Shown here: in pieces, positions 14,071-28,035 of the stretch | Layout: every line of letters starts with the position of its first letter | Position numbering within the stretch: position 1 is the stretch's first letter | From: Eledone cirrhosa | Taxonomy: Eukaryota | Direction: 5' to 3' | NCBI GenBank assembly: GCA_964016885.1 | Contig: OZ024752.1 | Coordinates: 41,726,001 to 41,790,000, forward strand | DNA length: 64,000 bases | The notes under the pieces: model-generated | The model's input: the letters and a program-made list of their open reading frames with translations, nothing else | Database searches by the model: none | What the model was told of the DNA's origin: nothing | Position numbers and translations under genes: made by a program

Positions 14071-14516
14071 AATACTGCAACATATACTGCTACATATTTA
14101 ATAAAGGGAACTACATACTTATCTATAAATATACCAGTGAGGGGACAGATATAGATACACACTGCATTAAGATATATTTATTGAAGGGATCTTCATACCT
14201 ATGCAACATAGATAAAATAGAGTGAATAAAATCAATATTTTGCTAAAGTGTTGCTACTAAATTTACCTCCTTTTCTATCAAATAGCTGCTCCCAGCATGT
14301 GGGTTTGTGTGAGTTGTAGTAGATGGGTAGGGAAGGGAGAGAGATGATTAGATAGGTAGATATATATACATACATACATACATACAGATAGATAGATAGA
14401 TATACATACATACATACATACATATACATACGTCCAGATAGATAGATAAATAGATAGATAGATATACATACATATACATACGTACAGATAGATAGATAGA
14501 TAGATAGATAGATATG

Positions 14517-14903
14517 TTTCTTTATTAGCCAGAGGGACACAAAAGAAGGGGACAAATACAAAGGGGGAAGTTTACATACAATAAAAACGTGTAAAATGTT
14601 ATCACAAATGGAATTTAAAAAATTAGTCAATTTTCCCCAATAGGGGGAGACAGTTTATATGGGTAACACATACCCCCGAAAAAAAATGTGCAACCCTCAT
14701 CTCCAGGAGTACGAAGAGTTTGTACTCCTTTCCACTCCTCTTTTTCCTCAACCTACAGGCTGATATAGAGAGAAGGCCCATTCACTTGGGCCATTCTCGC
14801 CACTTTCACCCACCTTTCATAAAACTTGCTGGGGTACAGCACCTCTCTCTCCATCCTGATTCTTCTTCCAAAGTGGTATTTGAAAAAAAGAATCAGTTGT
14901 TGG
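14517..14903 (-). mobile_element. Tx1-clade LINE 3' fragment in (GATA)n
   Basis: Reverse complement encodes FFKYHFGRRIRMEREVLYPSKFYERWVKVARMAQVNGPSLYISL*, nearly identical to the ORF2 end at 62255. Ends AATAAAGAAA. (GATA)n on both sides. Confidence 0.9.
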
Positions 14904-14924
14904 ATAGATAGATAGATAGATATA

Positions 14925-15029
14925 TTTCTTTATTTACCATAAAGGCATAAAAATAAGGGACAAATACAAAGGGGGAGTTTAGATAAAATCGAGTAAAAAG
15001 GGTATAAAATGAAAATAATAGAAAACAAA
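14925..15029 (-). mobile_element. Tx1-clade LINE 3'UTR fragment in (GATA)n
   Basis: Reverse complement resembles the last about 105 bp of the full-length element's 3'UTR, ending AATAAAGAAA; GATA repeats on both sides. Confidence 0.8.
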
Positions 15030-15285
15030 TAGATAGATAGATAGACAGATAGATAGATATATATAGATAGATAGTCAAATAGATAGAAAGACAGATAAAT
15101 AGATAAACAGAAGAGGAAGCAATTGGGTAGCATTGTGTTTAATTGAGTGATAAAAGTAAGCAACACACAAGACACACACACACACACATACACATACACA
15201 CACATACACACACACACACACAAACACGTATCTCCAATGTACACATTGTTCATGTTTTTGTACATACATACATACATACATACAC

Positions 15286-15338
<53 letters not shown>

Positions 15339-15478
15339 GGTATGTTATTCCGGGTTGAATCGGAGGTAACCACAGTAAGTAAGGTACTCAATACATTACA
15401 GAGTATAAAAGTTTTAATATCCTGATGATTTCTAAAGAATGAAACAGTTCTAGTCCTGTAGAATCTCATCTATATTAA

Positions 15479-15527
<49 letters not shown>

Positions 15528-15670
15528 ATATATATGTAAAAGGTAAACAGAAATAACAACACAATCGGTACAGTATATGGAAGGGATACATTAGGTTAAC
15601 GCTTGATATAGCAGGAAGAGGGTCTTAACGTTTCGGTCGCTATATATATATATACAGGTAGATAGATAGA

Positions 15671-15857
15671 TTTCTTTATTTGCCACAAGGGCGCACAAGA
15701 AAAGGGGACAATACAAAGACATGCCAGGGATTTTACATACAGTCGTGTAAAAAATATAAAACAAACAATTATAACAATCAAAATCCCCAATATGGGGGAA
15801 GCGCCACAAATGGGTTGTTTAATACCCCGTAGATAGAACCCTCAACTTCAGGAGCGT

Positions 15858-15858
<1 letters not shown>
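15671..15858 (-). mobile_element. Tx1-clade LINE 3'UTR fragment (second subfamily) in (GATA)n
   Basis: Matches 37020-37209; ends AATAAAGAAA; GATA repeats on both sides. Confidence 0.85.
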
Positions 15859-15928
<70 letters not shown>

Positions 15929-16189
15929 CAGAGTCTGGAGGACTCTTCAGCTGTGTCAAAGACATATCAACCTCTCTAGTGTTGGAGAGTTACATAACAA
16001 ACATACCAAGTACATCCTGTAAAGTGGTCGATCATATAAAGGTTACCCAGCTGTAGAAAACTGTCAAACAAAGGGTCAGGAGGATTGTTCAGCTATGTCA
16101 AAGACATACCCACCTCCCTGGTGTTGGTGTCACAATAAAATACACTTGGTAGAGTGTGGGCATCTTTAGTAAGTGTGATGCAGGCCTTC

Positions 16190-16545
16190 AATCCACCCAA
16201 GCGCTGAGTAAAGTGCAGGAACATAACTAAATGAGATGGAGGCCTCCAAACCACCCAAGCCCCTAATAAAGTGCAGGAACATAACTAAATGAGATGGAGG
16301 CCTCCAAACCACCCAAGCCCCTAATAAAGTGCAGGAACATAACTAAATGAGATGGAGGCCTCCAAACCACCCAAGCCCCTAATAAAGTGCAGGAACATAA
16401 CTAAATGAGATGGAGGCCTCTAATTCACCCAAGTCCCTAATAAAGTGCAGGAACATAACTAAATGAGATGGAGGCCTTTAATTCACCCAAGTCCCTAATA
16501 AAGTGCAGGAACATAACTAAATGAGATGAAGACCTCTGGTTCACC
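16190..16545. repeat. 58-bp minisatellite, about 6 copies
   Basis: TAATAAAGTGCAGGAACATAACTAAATGAGATGGAGGCC... at 16264, 16322, 16380 etc. Confidence 0.9.
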
Positions 16546-16695
16546 TGAGAGATCAGTAACCCTGCTTAAATACTGACTAAGTCTGTGATGACCAGTCACA
16601 CCCTCATTAGCAGGGAAAACATATTTTAAATTACGATGATGATGATGATTTTATACATATACATACATATATACATACATATATACATAGATATG

Positions 16696-16727
<32 letters not shown>

Positions 16728-16789
16728 GAGTATCTTTGATAGAGAGTGTACAGAATAATATAATTTATAAAGTGTCATTATCAGAAGAA

Positions 16790-16980
16790 ATAATTGTTTC
16801 TACTTTTGGCACAAGGCCAGCAATTACCCAGTACATTACTGGTACTTTACTTTATCGACCCCGTAAGGGTGAAAGGCAAAGTTAACCTCGGCAGGATTTG
16901 AACTCAGAATGGCAAGGGCTATAACTCTATGCGTCAAAGCATGGCGTCTGACCCTCTACCGATACTGCCAATCCACCACC
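16790..16980 (-). mobile_element. tRNA-derived SINE family B
   Basis: Same consensus as 10907-11096. Further copies or fragments at about 18617-18792(-), 28036-28363(-, three tandem 3' halves), 39750-39858(+), 49820-50097(-), 51742-51849(-). Confidence 0.85.
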
Positions 16981-17369
16981 TTTGTTTATCAGAAGAAATA
17001 CTAAAACATTGTTTGTAACTCGAGTCTACCACTTTCATCCACCATGGGGCGGGGGCGGGGGGGGGGGGGGGATTACTTGTTATAAGTTAGTCAAACCAAA
17101 AGCTTCATTGCTCTTATAACAACAAGTAACTTTATATTTTGGTAAAGTATTGTGATTGATGAAACCTCTAGATTCAAGTAATAAACAATGGTTTCTTATT
17201 TCTTCTGACAATGATACTTTATTAATATCTATATATAAACACACACACACACATATATACACACATACACATACACACACAAACTCAAGCACCCACACAC
17301 AAACACACATACATATATATATATACACACACAAACACATGCACACATATATATATATATATATATATT

Positions 17370-17803
17370 CTAGGGCGGGCAAAATTCATGAGATCCATGG
17401 ACGAGTTCTCTCCAGTGGTCTCTGTCCCTCGTTATCGCTGCCATGTCCTGCATCTCCAACAGACCAGTGTCTGTCCTTAGGGCATCAACATACGTTAACC
17501 TTGGTCTTCCTCTTCCAGTGTGTCCATGTAGGGGCTCCCACAGGAGCACTGAGTGCAATGTCAACTCTGGATGCCGGTGAGCATGTCCAGCTAACCTCAG
17601 TCTCCTCTGTGTCACTTTTGAGTTGACTTTTGGGAGGCTCCCATACAGCTCTGAGTTTTTCATCCTCAGTGTATACTGATTAATGTTCAGAGCCATCCTC
17701 AGCATTCTCATGGAAGTCGGACCTTCGTAAAGACCTGAAAATCCGCCTCTTCATTGCTGTAGTGGAGTCTGTACTGCTGTACGGGTCTGAGACTTGGACA
17801 CTG
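17370..17803 (-). mobile_element. RTE-like LINE fragment with inverted 5' segment
   Basis: Minus 17370-17711: RMLRMALN...RRLRLAGH...GRGRPRLTYVD...DRDHWRELV*. Plus 17711-17803: WKSDLRKDLKIRLFIAVVESVLLYGSETWTL, the upstream part of the same domain. Confidence 0.85.
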
Positions 17804-17807
17804 ATAT

Positions 17808-18116
17808 CATCATCATCATCATTTTACGTCCGCTTTTCCCTGCTTGCAAGGGTGGGATGGGAACTGATTCTGGCTTGATTTCTACAGCTGGATGCCCTTC
17901 CTAACACCAACCTCATTTACAGTGAGTGCTGGGTGCTTTTTTTGCCGTGGCACCTCCACGACCACTTTGCAGTGGAATGATAGGGACCCCAGTCCCTATC
18001 ATCTCATTTCTACAGCTGAGTAAACTGGAGCAATGTGAAATAAAGTGTCTTGCTCAAGGAAACAACACATCACCCGGTCTGAGAATTGAACTCACAACCT
18101 TTTGATTGCAAGCCCA
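17808..18116 (-). mobile_element. tRNA-derived SINE family A
   Basis: Reverse complement matches 24642-24993; head slightly truncated. Confidence 0.85.
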
Positions 18117-19009
18117 ATATATATATACACACACAGTGGAAGGAAGCTGCAGTAAAGGACAACCAAGAAAGACGTGGGCAGAGGTTGTGAGCGCCGACCT
18201 CAAATCACTAGGACTGAGATCACAAAGAGGAGATGACGATGAAGGCCCGCGACAAGTGGACAAATGCCAAGCTTAGAAGGTCCCATTCAACCCAAGCAAG
18301 CATGGAAAACAGATGTGATGATGATGATGATGATACACACACACTCACACACACACACAAAGAAAAGAAAAATGAAATGTATTTGTAGACGAGACACTGC
18401 AATATGAAATAACAGAAATATTGAATCCGATGGAACAAAAAACAATAACAGTGTTCATTAAAAGTCTTCATGAAATCTCTGTAATAACAAACAGTATGTC
18501 GGTGTATTTACTGCTTTTGACCAAACTACTAGTATTGACTACAACACCTTCTTCACAACTAACACCAATCAATAATGCTACTACTATAAAGGTACTAATG
18601 TAATGGTACTACTATAATAATTGTTTCTACTTTAGGCACAAGGCCAGCAATTACCCGGTGCATTACTGGTACTTTATTTTATCGACCCCGTAAGGATGAA
18701 AGGCAAAGTTAACCTCGGCGGGATTTGAACTCAGAATGGCAAGGGCCGTAACTCTATGCGTCAAAGCATGGCGTCTGACCCTCTACCGATACTAACAATG
18801 GTACTATAATGGAACTACAAATGGTATGAGAATGGTACTACTAATAATTGGACTACTATATGGTACTAATAATAACGGTACTACTACAGTGGTACTAATA
18901 ATAACTGTTTCTACATTTGGCACAAGGCCAGCAATTTTGGGGGAGGGGAATGTAAAGGGCTGTAACTCTATGCCGCAAAGCATGTTGTATGACGCTCTAC
19001 CGATTCTGT

Positions 19010-21175
19010 CATCACATACATATCACCTGATCATCATACATACATACATATCACCTGGAATCACATAAATATCACCTGGTTATCACACACATATCACCTG
19101 GTCATCACACATATCACCTGGACATCACACTTATCACCTGGACATCACACATATCACCTGGACATCACACATATATCACCTGGACATCACACATATCACC
19201 TGGTCATCACACATATCACCTGGACATCACACATATCACCTGGACATCACACATATCACCTGGACATCACACATATCACCTGGTCATCACACATATCACC
19301 TGGTCATCACACATATCACCTGGACATCACACATATCACCTGGACATCATACATATCACCTGGTCATCATAGATATCACCTGGTCATCACACATATCACC
19401 TGGTCATCACATATATCACCTGGAGATCACACATATATCACCTGGACATCACACATTACCTGGACATCACACATATCACCTGAACATCACATATCACCTG
19501 GACATCACACATATCACCTGAACATCAGACATATCACCTGGACATCACACATATCACCTGAACATCACACATATCACCTGGACATCACACATATATCACC
19601 TGGACATCAGACATATCACCTGGACATCACATATCACCTGGACATCACACATATCACCTGAACATCACATATCACCTGGACATCACACATATCACCTGAA
19701 CATCACACATATATCACCTGGACATCACACATATCAAGTGAACATCACACATATCACCTGGACATCACACATATCACCTGAACATCACATATCACCTGGA
19801 CATCACACATATCACCTGGACATCACATATCTCCTGAACATCACACATATCACCTGGACATCACACATATCAACTGGACATCACACATATCACCTGAACA
19901 TCACACATATCACCTGGACATCACACATATCACCTGAACATCACACATATCACCTGGACATCACACATATCACCTGAACATCACACATATCACCTGGACA
20001 TCACACTTATCACCTGGACATCACACATATCACCTGGACATCACACATATCACCTGAACATCACACATATCACCTGGACATCACACATATCACCTGAACA
20101 TCACACATATCACCTGGACATCACACTTATCACCTGGACATCACACATATCACCTGGACATCACATATATCACCTGGACATCACACATATCACCTGGACA
20201 TCACACATATCACCTGAACATCACACATATCACCTGGACATCACACATATCACCTGAACATCACACATATCACCTGAACATCACACTTATCACCTGGACA
20301 TCACACATATCACCTGGACATCACATATATCACCTGGACATCACACATATCACCTGGACATCACACACATATCACCTGGTCATCACACATATCTCCTGGA
20401 CATCACATATCACCTGGACATCACACATCACCTGGACATCACACTTATCACCTGGACATCACATATCACCTGGACATCACACATCACCTGGACATCACAC
20501 ATATCACCTGGACATCACATATCACCTGGACATCACACATATCTCCTGGACATCACACATATCACCTTGACATCACACATATCTCCTGGACATCACACAT
20601 ATCACCTGAACATCACATATATCACCTGGACCTCACACATATCACCTGGTCATCACACACATATCACCTGGTCATCACACATATCACCTGGTCATCACAC
20701 ATATCACCTGAACATCACACATATCACCTGAACATCACATGTCTCTTGGACATCACACTTATCACCTGGATCACATACATATCACCTGGTCATCACATAC
20801 ATATCACCTGAACATCACATATATCACCTGGACAACACACATATCACCTGGACATCACACTTATAACCTGGATATCACACATATCACCTGAACATCACAC
20901 TTATCACCTGGACATCACACTTATCACCTGGACATCACACATATCACCTGGACATCACACTTATCACCTGAATCACATACATATCACCTGGACATCACAT
21001 ATATCACCTGGACATCACATATATCACCTGGACATCACACATATCACCTGGACATCACACTTATTACCTGGACATCACACATATCACCTGGACATTACAT
21101 ATTACCTGGACATCACACTTATCACCTGGACATCACATATTACCTGGACATCACATATCACCTGGACATCACACT
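19010..21175. repeat. 20-bp minisatellite, about 105-110 copies
   Basis: Unit CACCTGGACATCACACATAT with small variants. Confidence 0.95.
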
Positions 21176-21349
21176 CACATGTCCCCTAGGCACCCCCAAC
21201 ACACACATACACCTTTCCAACCATAGAAACATAAGTAAGGTTGTAAGGCTTTATGGCTTAAGAAAGGAAAACAGGAAAATCAATATTTGGTTGTCACAAA
21301 ACTAGGCTACAGAGTGCATGTAGTACTGTAGAGTGTGGTGTATATTGAT

Positions 21350-21660
21350 AGAGGGACCTGCTTGCTAGATATAGCAGCTAATAGAGGGCCCTGCTTGCTA
21401 CATATAGCAGCTAAAAGAGGGCCCTGCTTGCTAGATATAGCAGATAATAGAGGGCCCTGATTGCTAGATATAGCAGCTAATAGAGAACCCTGCTTGCTAG
21501 ATATAGGAGCTGATAGAGGGCCCTGCTTGCTAGATATAGCAGCTAATAGAAGGCCCTGCTTGCTACATATAGGAGCTAATAGAGGGACCTTTCTTGCTAG
21601 ATATAGCAGCTAATAGTGGGAGCTTGATCTGTCTGCTAGATATAGCAGCTAATAGTGGGA
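21350..21660. repeat. 33-bp minisatellite, about 9 copies
   Basis: Unit AGAGGGCCCTGCTTGCTAGATATAGCAGCTAAT. Confidence 0.9.
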
Positions 21661-22108
21661 TCATTTGATGTTTGCTATGTCGTATGTTTAGACACACATA
21701 CACACATACACACACACACACATACACACACACACACATGTACACATACATGTGTGTGTGTGTTTAGGTGTTTAAAAGTTGTTCTGTACAACACTAATGG
21801 ACCATGTCGTTTTATTAGCATAGCTAATAGTAGTAGTAGCAGCAGCAGTAGTAGTAGTAGTAGTAATAGCAGCAGCAGCAGCAGCAATAGTAGTAGTAGT
21901 AGTAGTAGCAGCAACAGCAACAGCAGTTGTAGCAGCTGTTGTTAGACTATGTTGTAACACCCCCTCCTCCACCCAACTCTTGAAGCCGGAATAGTTCAGT
22001 GTTTCATTGATCCCTACTAATGAGAAACATTCACACCTTACATACACCCTGCTATGATAGGGGGGGGGGGGGGAGCTCCTTGTACAGTAATCTCCTATTA
22101 TTGAACTA

Positions 22109-22301
22109 GGCGGTGGATTGGCAGTATCGGTAGAGGGTCGGACGCCATGCTTTCCAGCATAGTTACGTCCTCCCTTTACGGTCTGAGTTCAAATCCCGCC
22201 GAGGTTGACTTTGCCTTTCATCCTTACGGGGTCGATAAAATAAAGTACCAGTAATGCACTGGATAATTGCAGGCCTTGTGCCTAAAGTAGAAACTATTAT
22301 T
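22109..22301 (+). mobile_element. tRNA-derived SINE family B, near full length
   Basis: GGCGGTGGATTGGCAGTATCGGTAGAG...GAGTTCAAATCCCGCCGAGG...GGCCTTGTGCCTAAAGTAGAAACTATTATT. Confidence 0.85.
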
Positions 22302-22861
22302 GAACTATGTGAACATATATATATATATATATATATGTAGGAGGTGAGTTTTATTGTAGTACAATAAAGCAATGCAGATATCGGATAAGAAGCACTCTAC
22401 AGTTTGTGGGACTGGAGTATACATAATATATAAGAACAAAAGATAATGCGCATAATAAAATACATGGAACTCCTTTAACCATCTTTTGTTCTTATATATT
22501 ATATATATATATATATATATAAAATAAAGGTGCTGCGGGGTTGCTAATGGGTTACATATGAATAAAGTTAGTCCTTCATCAGTGATCTTCCAACCATCAT
22601 TGGTATTTCATCGCATTAAAGGCCATATACCTCCGGTTGGTGCGAGCAACGGCTAAAAAAAGTCGTTGGGACACGTAAATAAAGGGGACACGAGTGTAAA
22701 CAAACAAAACTGGTGAAGCAACGAAAAGTGAGGAAGAAGGAGTCAAGTCCCAAATTTCTATGAATTTAAATTCGGTGAAATCGTGAACGAGGTTGCTTCA
22801 CCATTTTTGTTTGTTTACACTCGTGTCCCCTTTATTTACGTGTCCCAATGTAGAAGAACCC

Positions 22862-23090
22862 CTACCGATGTGCTGAACGAGTGTGACTTTTTAGTCCAGC
22901 CAGTGACTTGAAAACTCTGGTACAAACACTACACCTGTGACAATTATTGACACATAGTGCTGGGCCCATGGTACCATGTGATGACAAGTGCAGAGAGATC
23001 TCCAGATATAAAGCAATGCCTGTGCCGTGAAGATTTTATAGTGAGCAAAGGCACTGCACAAAGCCAGTCCCACTCTCTTAACCAAGATGA
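22862..23090 (-). mobile_element. Degenerate LINE (RTE-like) ORF C-terminus with a C2H2 finger
   Basis: Minus strand HRCSVCTRVFKSLAGLKSHTRSAHR* (C-x2-C-x12-H-x4-H directly before the stop); upstream frame broken. Confidence 0.5.
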
Positions 23091-23347
23091 TATTTACCAA
23101 AAAGAAAAACAAATCAACATCATTGGATACCATCAGGGTTGCAGGTGTTATATCAGAGTTTTCCTTCTCCTAGAATTCTGCCTTAACAAAGGCTAAGGGG
23201 TCATCACTCCCATATTATATATACATATATATATACATATATATATGTATATATATATATATATTTGTTTTGCAAGGTTTTTGATATGAAATCGTGTGTC
23301 AAAACAAATATTGTTATACTTGGCGGGGGTCATATTGTTGTTGTAAT

Positions 23348-23440
<93 letters not shown>

Positions 23441-23981
23441 GAGAGAGATAGACAGAGAGTGAGAAAGAGAAAGTGAGAGAGAGAGAGAGAAAGAGAGCGA
23501 GAGAGAGATAGACAGAGAGTGAGAAAGAGAAAGTGAGAGAGAGAGAGAGAGAGAAGGTACAGGAATAGAGTACACAGGTGCCTGTTTGTATACACACACA
23601 TGTATGTATATATGTAGTATGTAGGTATGTATGTATGTAGGCATGTGTGTGAGTATATATATATATATGTGTGTGTGTATGTAAAAAATAAACAGAAATA
23701 ACGAAGCAAATGGCACAGTATATCAAAGAAATATATTGTGCATTATATCTATAAAGTCCCTATAATTAGTTGTATATATTAGATATGTTTATGTTTTCAT
23801 TCTGTAAGAATTATAAACAATTTGTAACATTATTTATACAACTGTGAATAAAATTTAATGGGATTTTAAACAAAAAAAAAAAGTATTTCATTAGAAATAT
23901 GGAATGATGAAATAGTTGAAGGATTTCTATTTAAATTAAAATCCTCCAACATATTTTGATACAAGAACTTTTGTTAAATTA

Positions 23982-24148
23982 CCGTATTTCCTGGTGCTGA
24001 AGATGCTTCCTCCTCAGGGACACACCCTAATTTTGACAACTAAAAACTTGAAAAAAAATGATAAACAACTTTCGGCCTCCAGGACGCATGGTTGATTTTT
24101 GAGACTTATTTTAGGACAAAGTAGCGTCTTAGACGCCGGGAAATACGG
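23982..24148. mobile_element. Tc/mariner-superfamily MITE
   Basis: TA-CCGTATTTCC ... GGAAATACGG-TA terminal inverted repeats with TA target duplication. Confidence 0.8.
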
Positions 24149-24264
24149 TATGTCACAAGTACTATCATACTATCGTAATAATGAAATATTTGATAATTTT
24201 AGTAAATCCCTACAAATTTTTCATTAATCAAAACTTAATACAAGGTATTTGATTAGAAATAGGT

Positions 24265-24625
24265 AATTTTAGCATTCACATTATATATACATGCTTTCCA
24301 GCATGGAGTTACGTCCCTTTACGATCTGAGTTCAAATCCCGCCGAGGTTAACTTTGCCTTTCATCCTTACTGGGTCGATAAAATAAAGTACCAGTAATGT
24401 ATTGGGTTAATTACTGGCCTTGTGCCAAACGTAGAAACAATTATATATACTATTGTACTTTTGCAGTAATATCTCACATAATATTGAATCTAAGAGATTT
24501 TGATATTATTTATTTTGAGAACAATACCTTAACATAAGTATAAGTGGCTGGTTACAGCTGGTTCGAACAGAAAGAGGTGAGAGAATTCTGGCCAGATATT
24601 GCCGGTTTAAATGCTAAAAGGTTAA
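24265..24625 (+). mobile_element. TTAA MITE, monomer state (left end eroded), with SINE B inserted at 24291-24443
   Basis: TTTAGCATTCACA-TTATATATAC [SINE] TTATATATAC-TATTGTA...GAATCTAAGAGATTTTG...TAAATGCTAAAAGG-TTAA; homologous to 10707-11129. Confidence 0.75.
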
Positions 24626-24641
24626 TACTATATATATATAA

Positions 24642-24993
24642 GGAGGCACATGGCTTAGTGGTTAGAGCATTGGGCTTGCAATCGAAAGGTTGTGAGTTCA
24701 ATTCTCAGACCGGGTGATGTGTTGTTTCCTTGAGCAAGACACTTTATTTCACATTGCTCCAGTTTACTCAGCTGTAGAAATGAGATGATAGGGAGTGGGG
24801 TCCCTATCATTCCACTGCAAAGTGGTCGTGGAGGTGCCACGGCAAAAAAAAAAAGCACCAATCACTCACTGTAAATGAGGTTGGTGTTAGGAAGGGCATC
24901 CAGCTGTAGAAATCAAGCCAGAATCAGTTCCCACCCCACCCTTGCAAGCAGGGAAAAGCTGACGTAAAATGATGATGATGATGATGATGATGA
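24642..24993 (+). mobile_element. tRNA-derived SINE family A, full length, with RTE-type tail
   Basis: A box TGGCTTAGTGG, B box GAGTTCAATTC. The 3' end CCCTTGCAAGCAGGGAAAAGC.GACGTAAAA(TGA)n matches the RTE LINE tail at 46088-46145. Other copies at 35372-35705, 40302-40653, 45761-46071, 52551-52891 (all minus). Confidence 0.9.
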
Positions 24994-25074
24994 TATACTG
25001 ACACAATCAGACACACAAACAGCGGCAATTATTCTGAAGTAGTTGTGCAGGAAGAAGACAGAAGAGGCAGAGAT

Positions 25075-25076
25075 AC

Positions 25077-25134
<58 letters not shown>

Positions 25135-25182
25135 TCATATATACATATACATACATATATACCTACATATATACATACATAC

Positions 25183-25213
<31 letters not shown>

Positions 25214-25448
25214 CATATTTACATATATACATATATATATATACATACATATATACATGCAAGCATATATACATACAAACATATGTCCATATGTAGATTC
25301 TTATCTACATTTATTTATACATACATTCACAGGTGTGTGTGTATATATATATATATATACATAAATATAGACACATTTACAAATACATGAAAAAGCAAAC
25401 ATTCTTTTATGCAGATTTCTACGTGATGTTTATAAACACCTTCACAGC

Positions 25449-25489
<41 letters not shown>

Positions 25490-25694
25490 TTACCTGTTCC
25501 AGCCATCTGACTGAGGCCATGCTGGGGCACCGATATATGTATAAAAACACAAATATATGTGTATATATAATAGAAATAGAACGTTGTATGTGTGTGTGCA
25601 TGTTTGCATGTGTGTATGTATGTGTTACATATATCATCATCATCATCTTTGTATGTGTTGGACCATGTACACACAGGCGCGTGCACACACACAC

Positions 25695-25731
<37 letters not shown>

Positions 25732-26596
25732 CTCATATACACGCATAAGCATACACACATATACACACACATACACACACACATATATATATATATATAT
25801 ATGTGTGTGTATATATATACATACATATACACATACATGCACACACACACACACACACACAAGCATGTGTTTGACCACAAGCACACACACATGTGCACAC
25901 ATATATATATATATATATATGTACACAAACACAAACACACACATACATACATACACACACATATACACACACATACACACACATATATATATATGTGTAT
26001 ATATATACATACACATACATACATGCACACACACAAGCATGTGTTTGACCACAAGCACACACATATGTGCACACATATATATATATGTACACATAAACAC
26101 AAACACACACATACATACATATACACACACATATACACACACATCCATACATACACACATACACCCATGCACATACACATACACACACACATATATACAA
26201 ACACATACATACACACACACATACATACATACACACATACACCCATGCACACACACACATACACACATAAACCCATGCACACACACACACGCACACACAC
26301 ATACACACACACGCATACATACATAGACCCATACACCCATGCACATACACATACACACACACACACATACACACACATACATACACACACACACACATAT
26401 TGAAACAGTAGCATGTGTAAGCCTTTTGTAAAAAAAAATCTATCTGTTATTGATCTGTTGCCTGGATTTTAAGGAGCTGCCTGCTGTTCCATATCATCAT
26501 GTGACTGGTCCCTATTTTATAGGGGGAACATACATATAGATAGCAATCAGGTCATATACAGGTGATAACAGGTACATATATATACATATATATATA

Positions 26597-26639
<43 letters not shown>

Positions 26640-26646
26640 TTATATA

Positions 26647-26708
<62 letters not shown>

Positions 26709-26753
26709 TCTATACATGCATATATATATATACATACAGGTATACGTACATAT

Positions 26754-26824
<71 letters not shown>

Positions 26825-26905
26825 TATACATATATACATATATACATACATATATACATACATATATACATACACATATACATACAGATATACATACATA
26901 TGTAA

Positions 26906-26936
<31 letters not shown>

Positions 26937-26937
26937 T

Positions 26938-26974
<37 letters not shown>

Positions 26975-27461
26975 TCATCATCATCGTTTAACGTCCATGT
27001 TCCACGCTTGCATGTATATATACATATATATATACATACATATATACATAGAGATATACATAGAGATATACATACATATATACATACATATATATATACA
27101 TACATATAAATACATACACATATACATACAGATATACATACGCATATACATATATATATATATATTAACAGGTATACACATATATACACATATATATATA
27201 TTAACAGGTATACACACATATATATATATATATATATATTCACAGGTATATACACACATATAGATATTACCATACACACACACACAGAGAAACAGACACA
27301 CAGACACACACACAGATACAGACAGACAGACACACACACAGACACACAGACAAACACACACACAGACACACACACACACAGACACGCACACACAGACACA
27401 CATACACATACTCTTGATATATTAATGCACGGAAATATAAATTAATATACAAATATATATT

Positions 27462-27498
<37 letters not shown>

Positions 27499-27588
27499 GT
27501 AGATGTGTGTGTGTATGTGTATACATAATTATGATGTATACCAAAATATATAAGTTGACATATATAATTGAATAAATTAATGTGTATG

Positions 27589-27628
<40 letters not shown>

Positions 27629-27783
27629 CATATATACATACACAAACACATATATATAGGTATGTATATACATAATACATATATATGTATGTTTGTATGT
27701 ACATGTATATATGTATATGTGCATATATATGTATATACATACATATATATATATATGTACACATGTATATATGTACATGCATA

Positions 27784-27829
<46 letters not shown>

Positions 27830-27830
27830 G
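25075..27830. repeat. (TA)/(CA)/(TACA) compound microsatellite region
   Basis: Direct inspection. Confidence 0.9.
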
Positions 27831-28000
27831 TTGATGGCTGACTGAAAAGATTATTCAATAAAGAAGTAGAGTTTTAATATTTATTTTCCTAAGGCTAAAT
27901 AGTGAGTTTTGTTACGCTGGAGTTTTACCTGTGATGACCCCGTGACAAACAGGTGAAAATCCAGGCTAACAAGACTCACTATTTAGCCTTAATATAATGA

Positions 28001-28035
<35 letters not shown>

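Noticed and set aside
22862-22945. Host C2H2 zinc-finger gene
   Set aside because: Single finger with no TGEKP linker, directly before a stop, with a broken upstream frame; fits a LINE C-terminus better.
24642-24712. tRNA gene-like sequences (also 13852 and other SINE heads)
   Set aside because: A/B boxes are present but there is no acceptor stem or terminator; they continue into SINE bodies.
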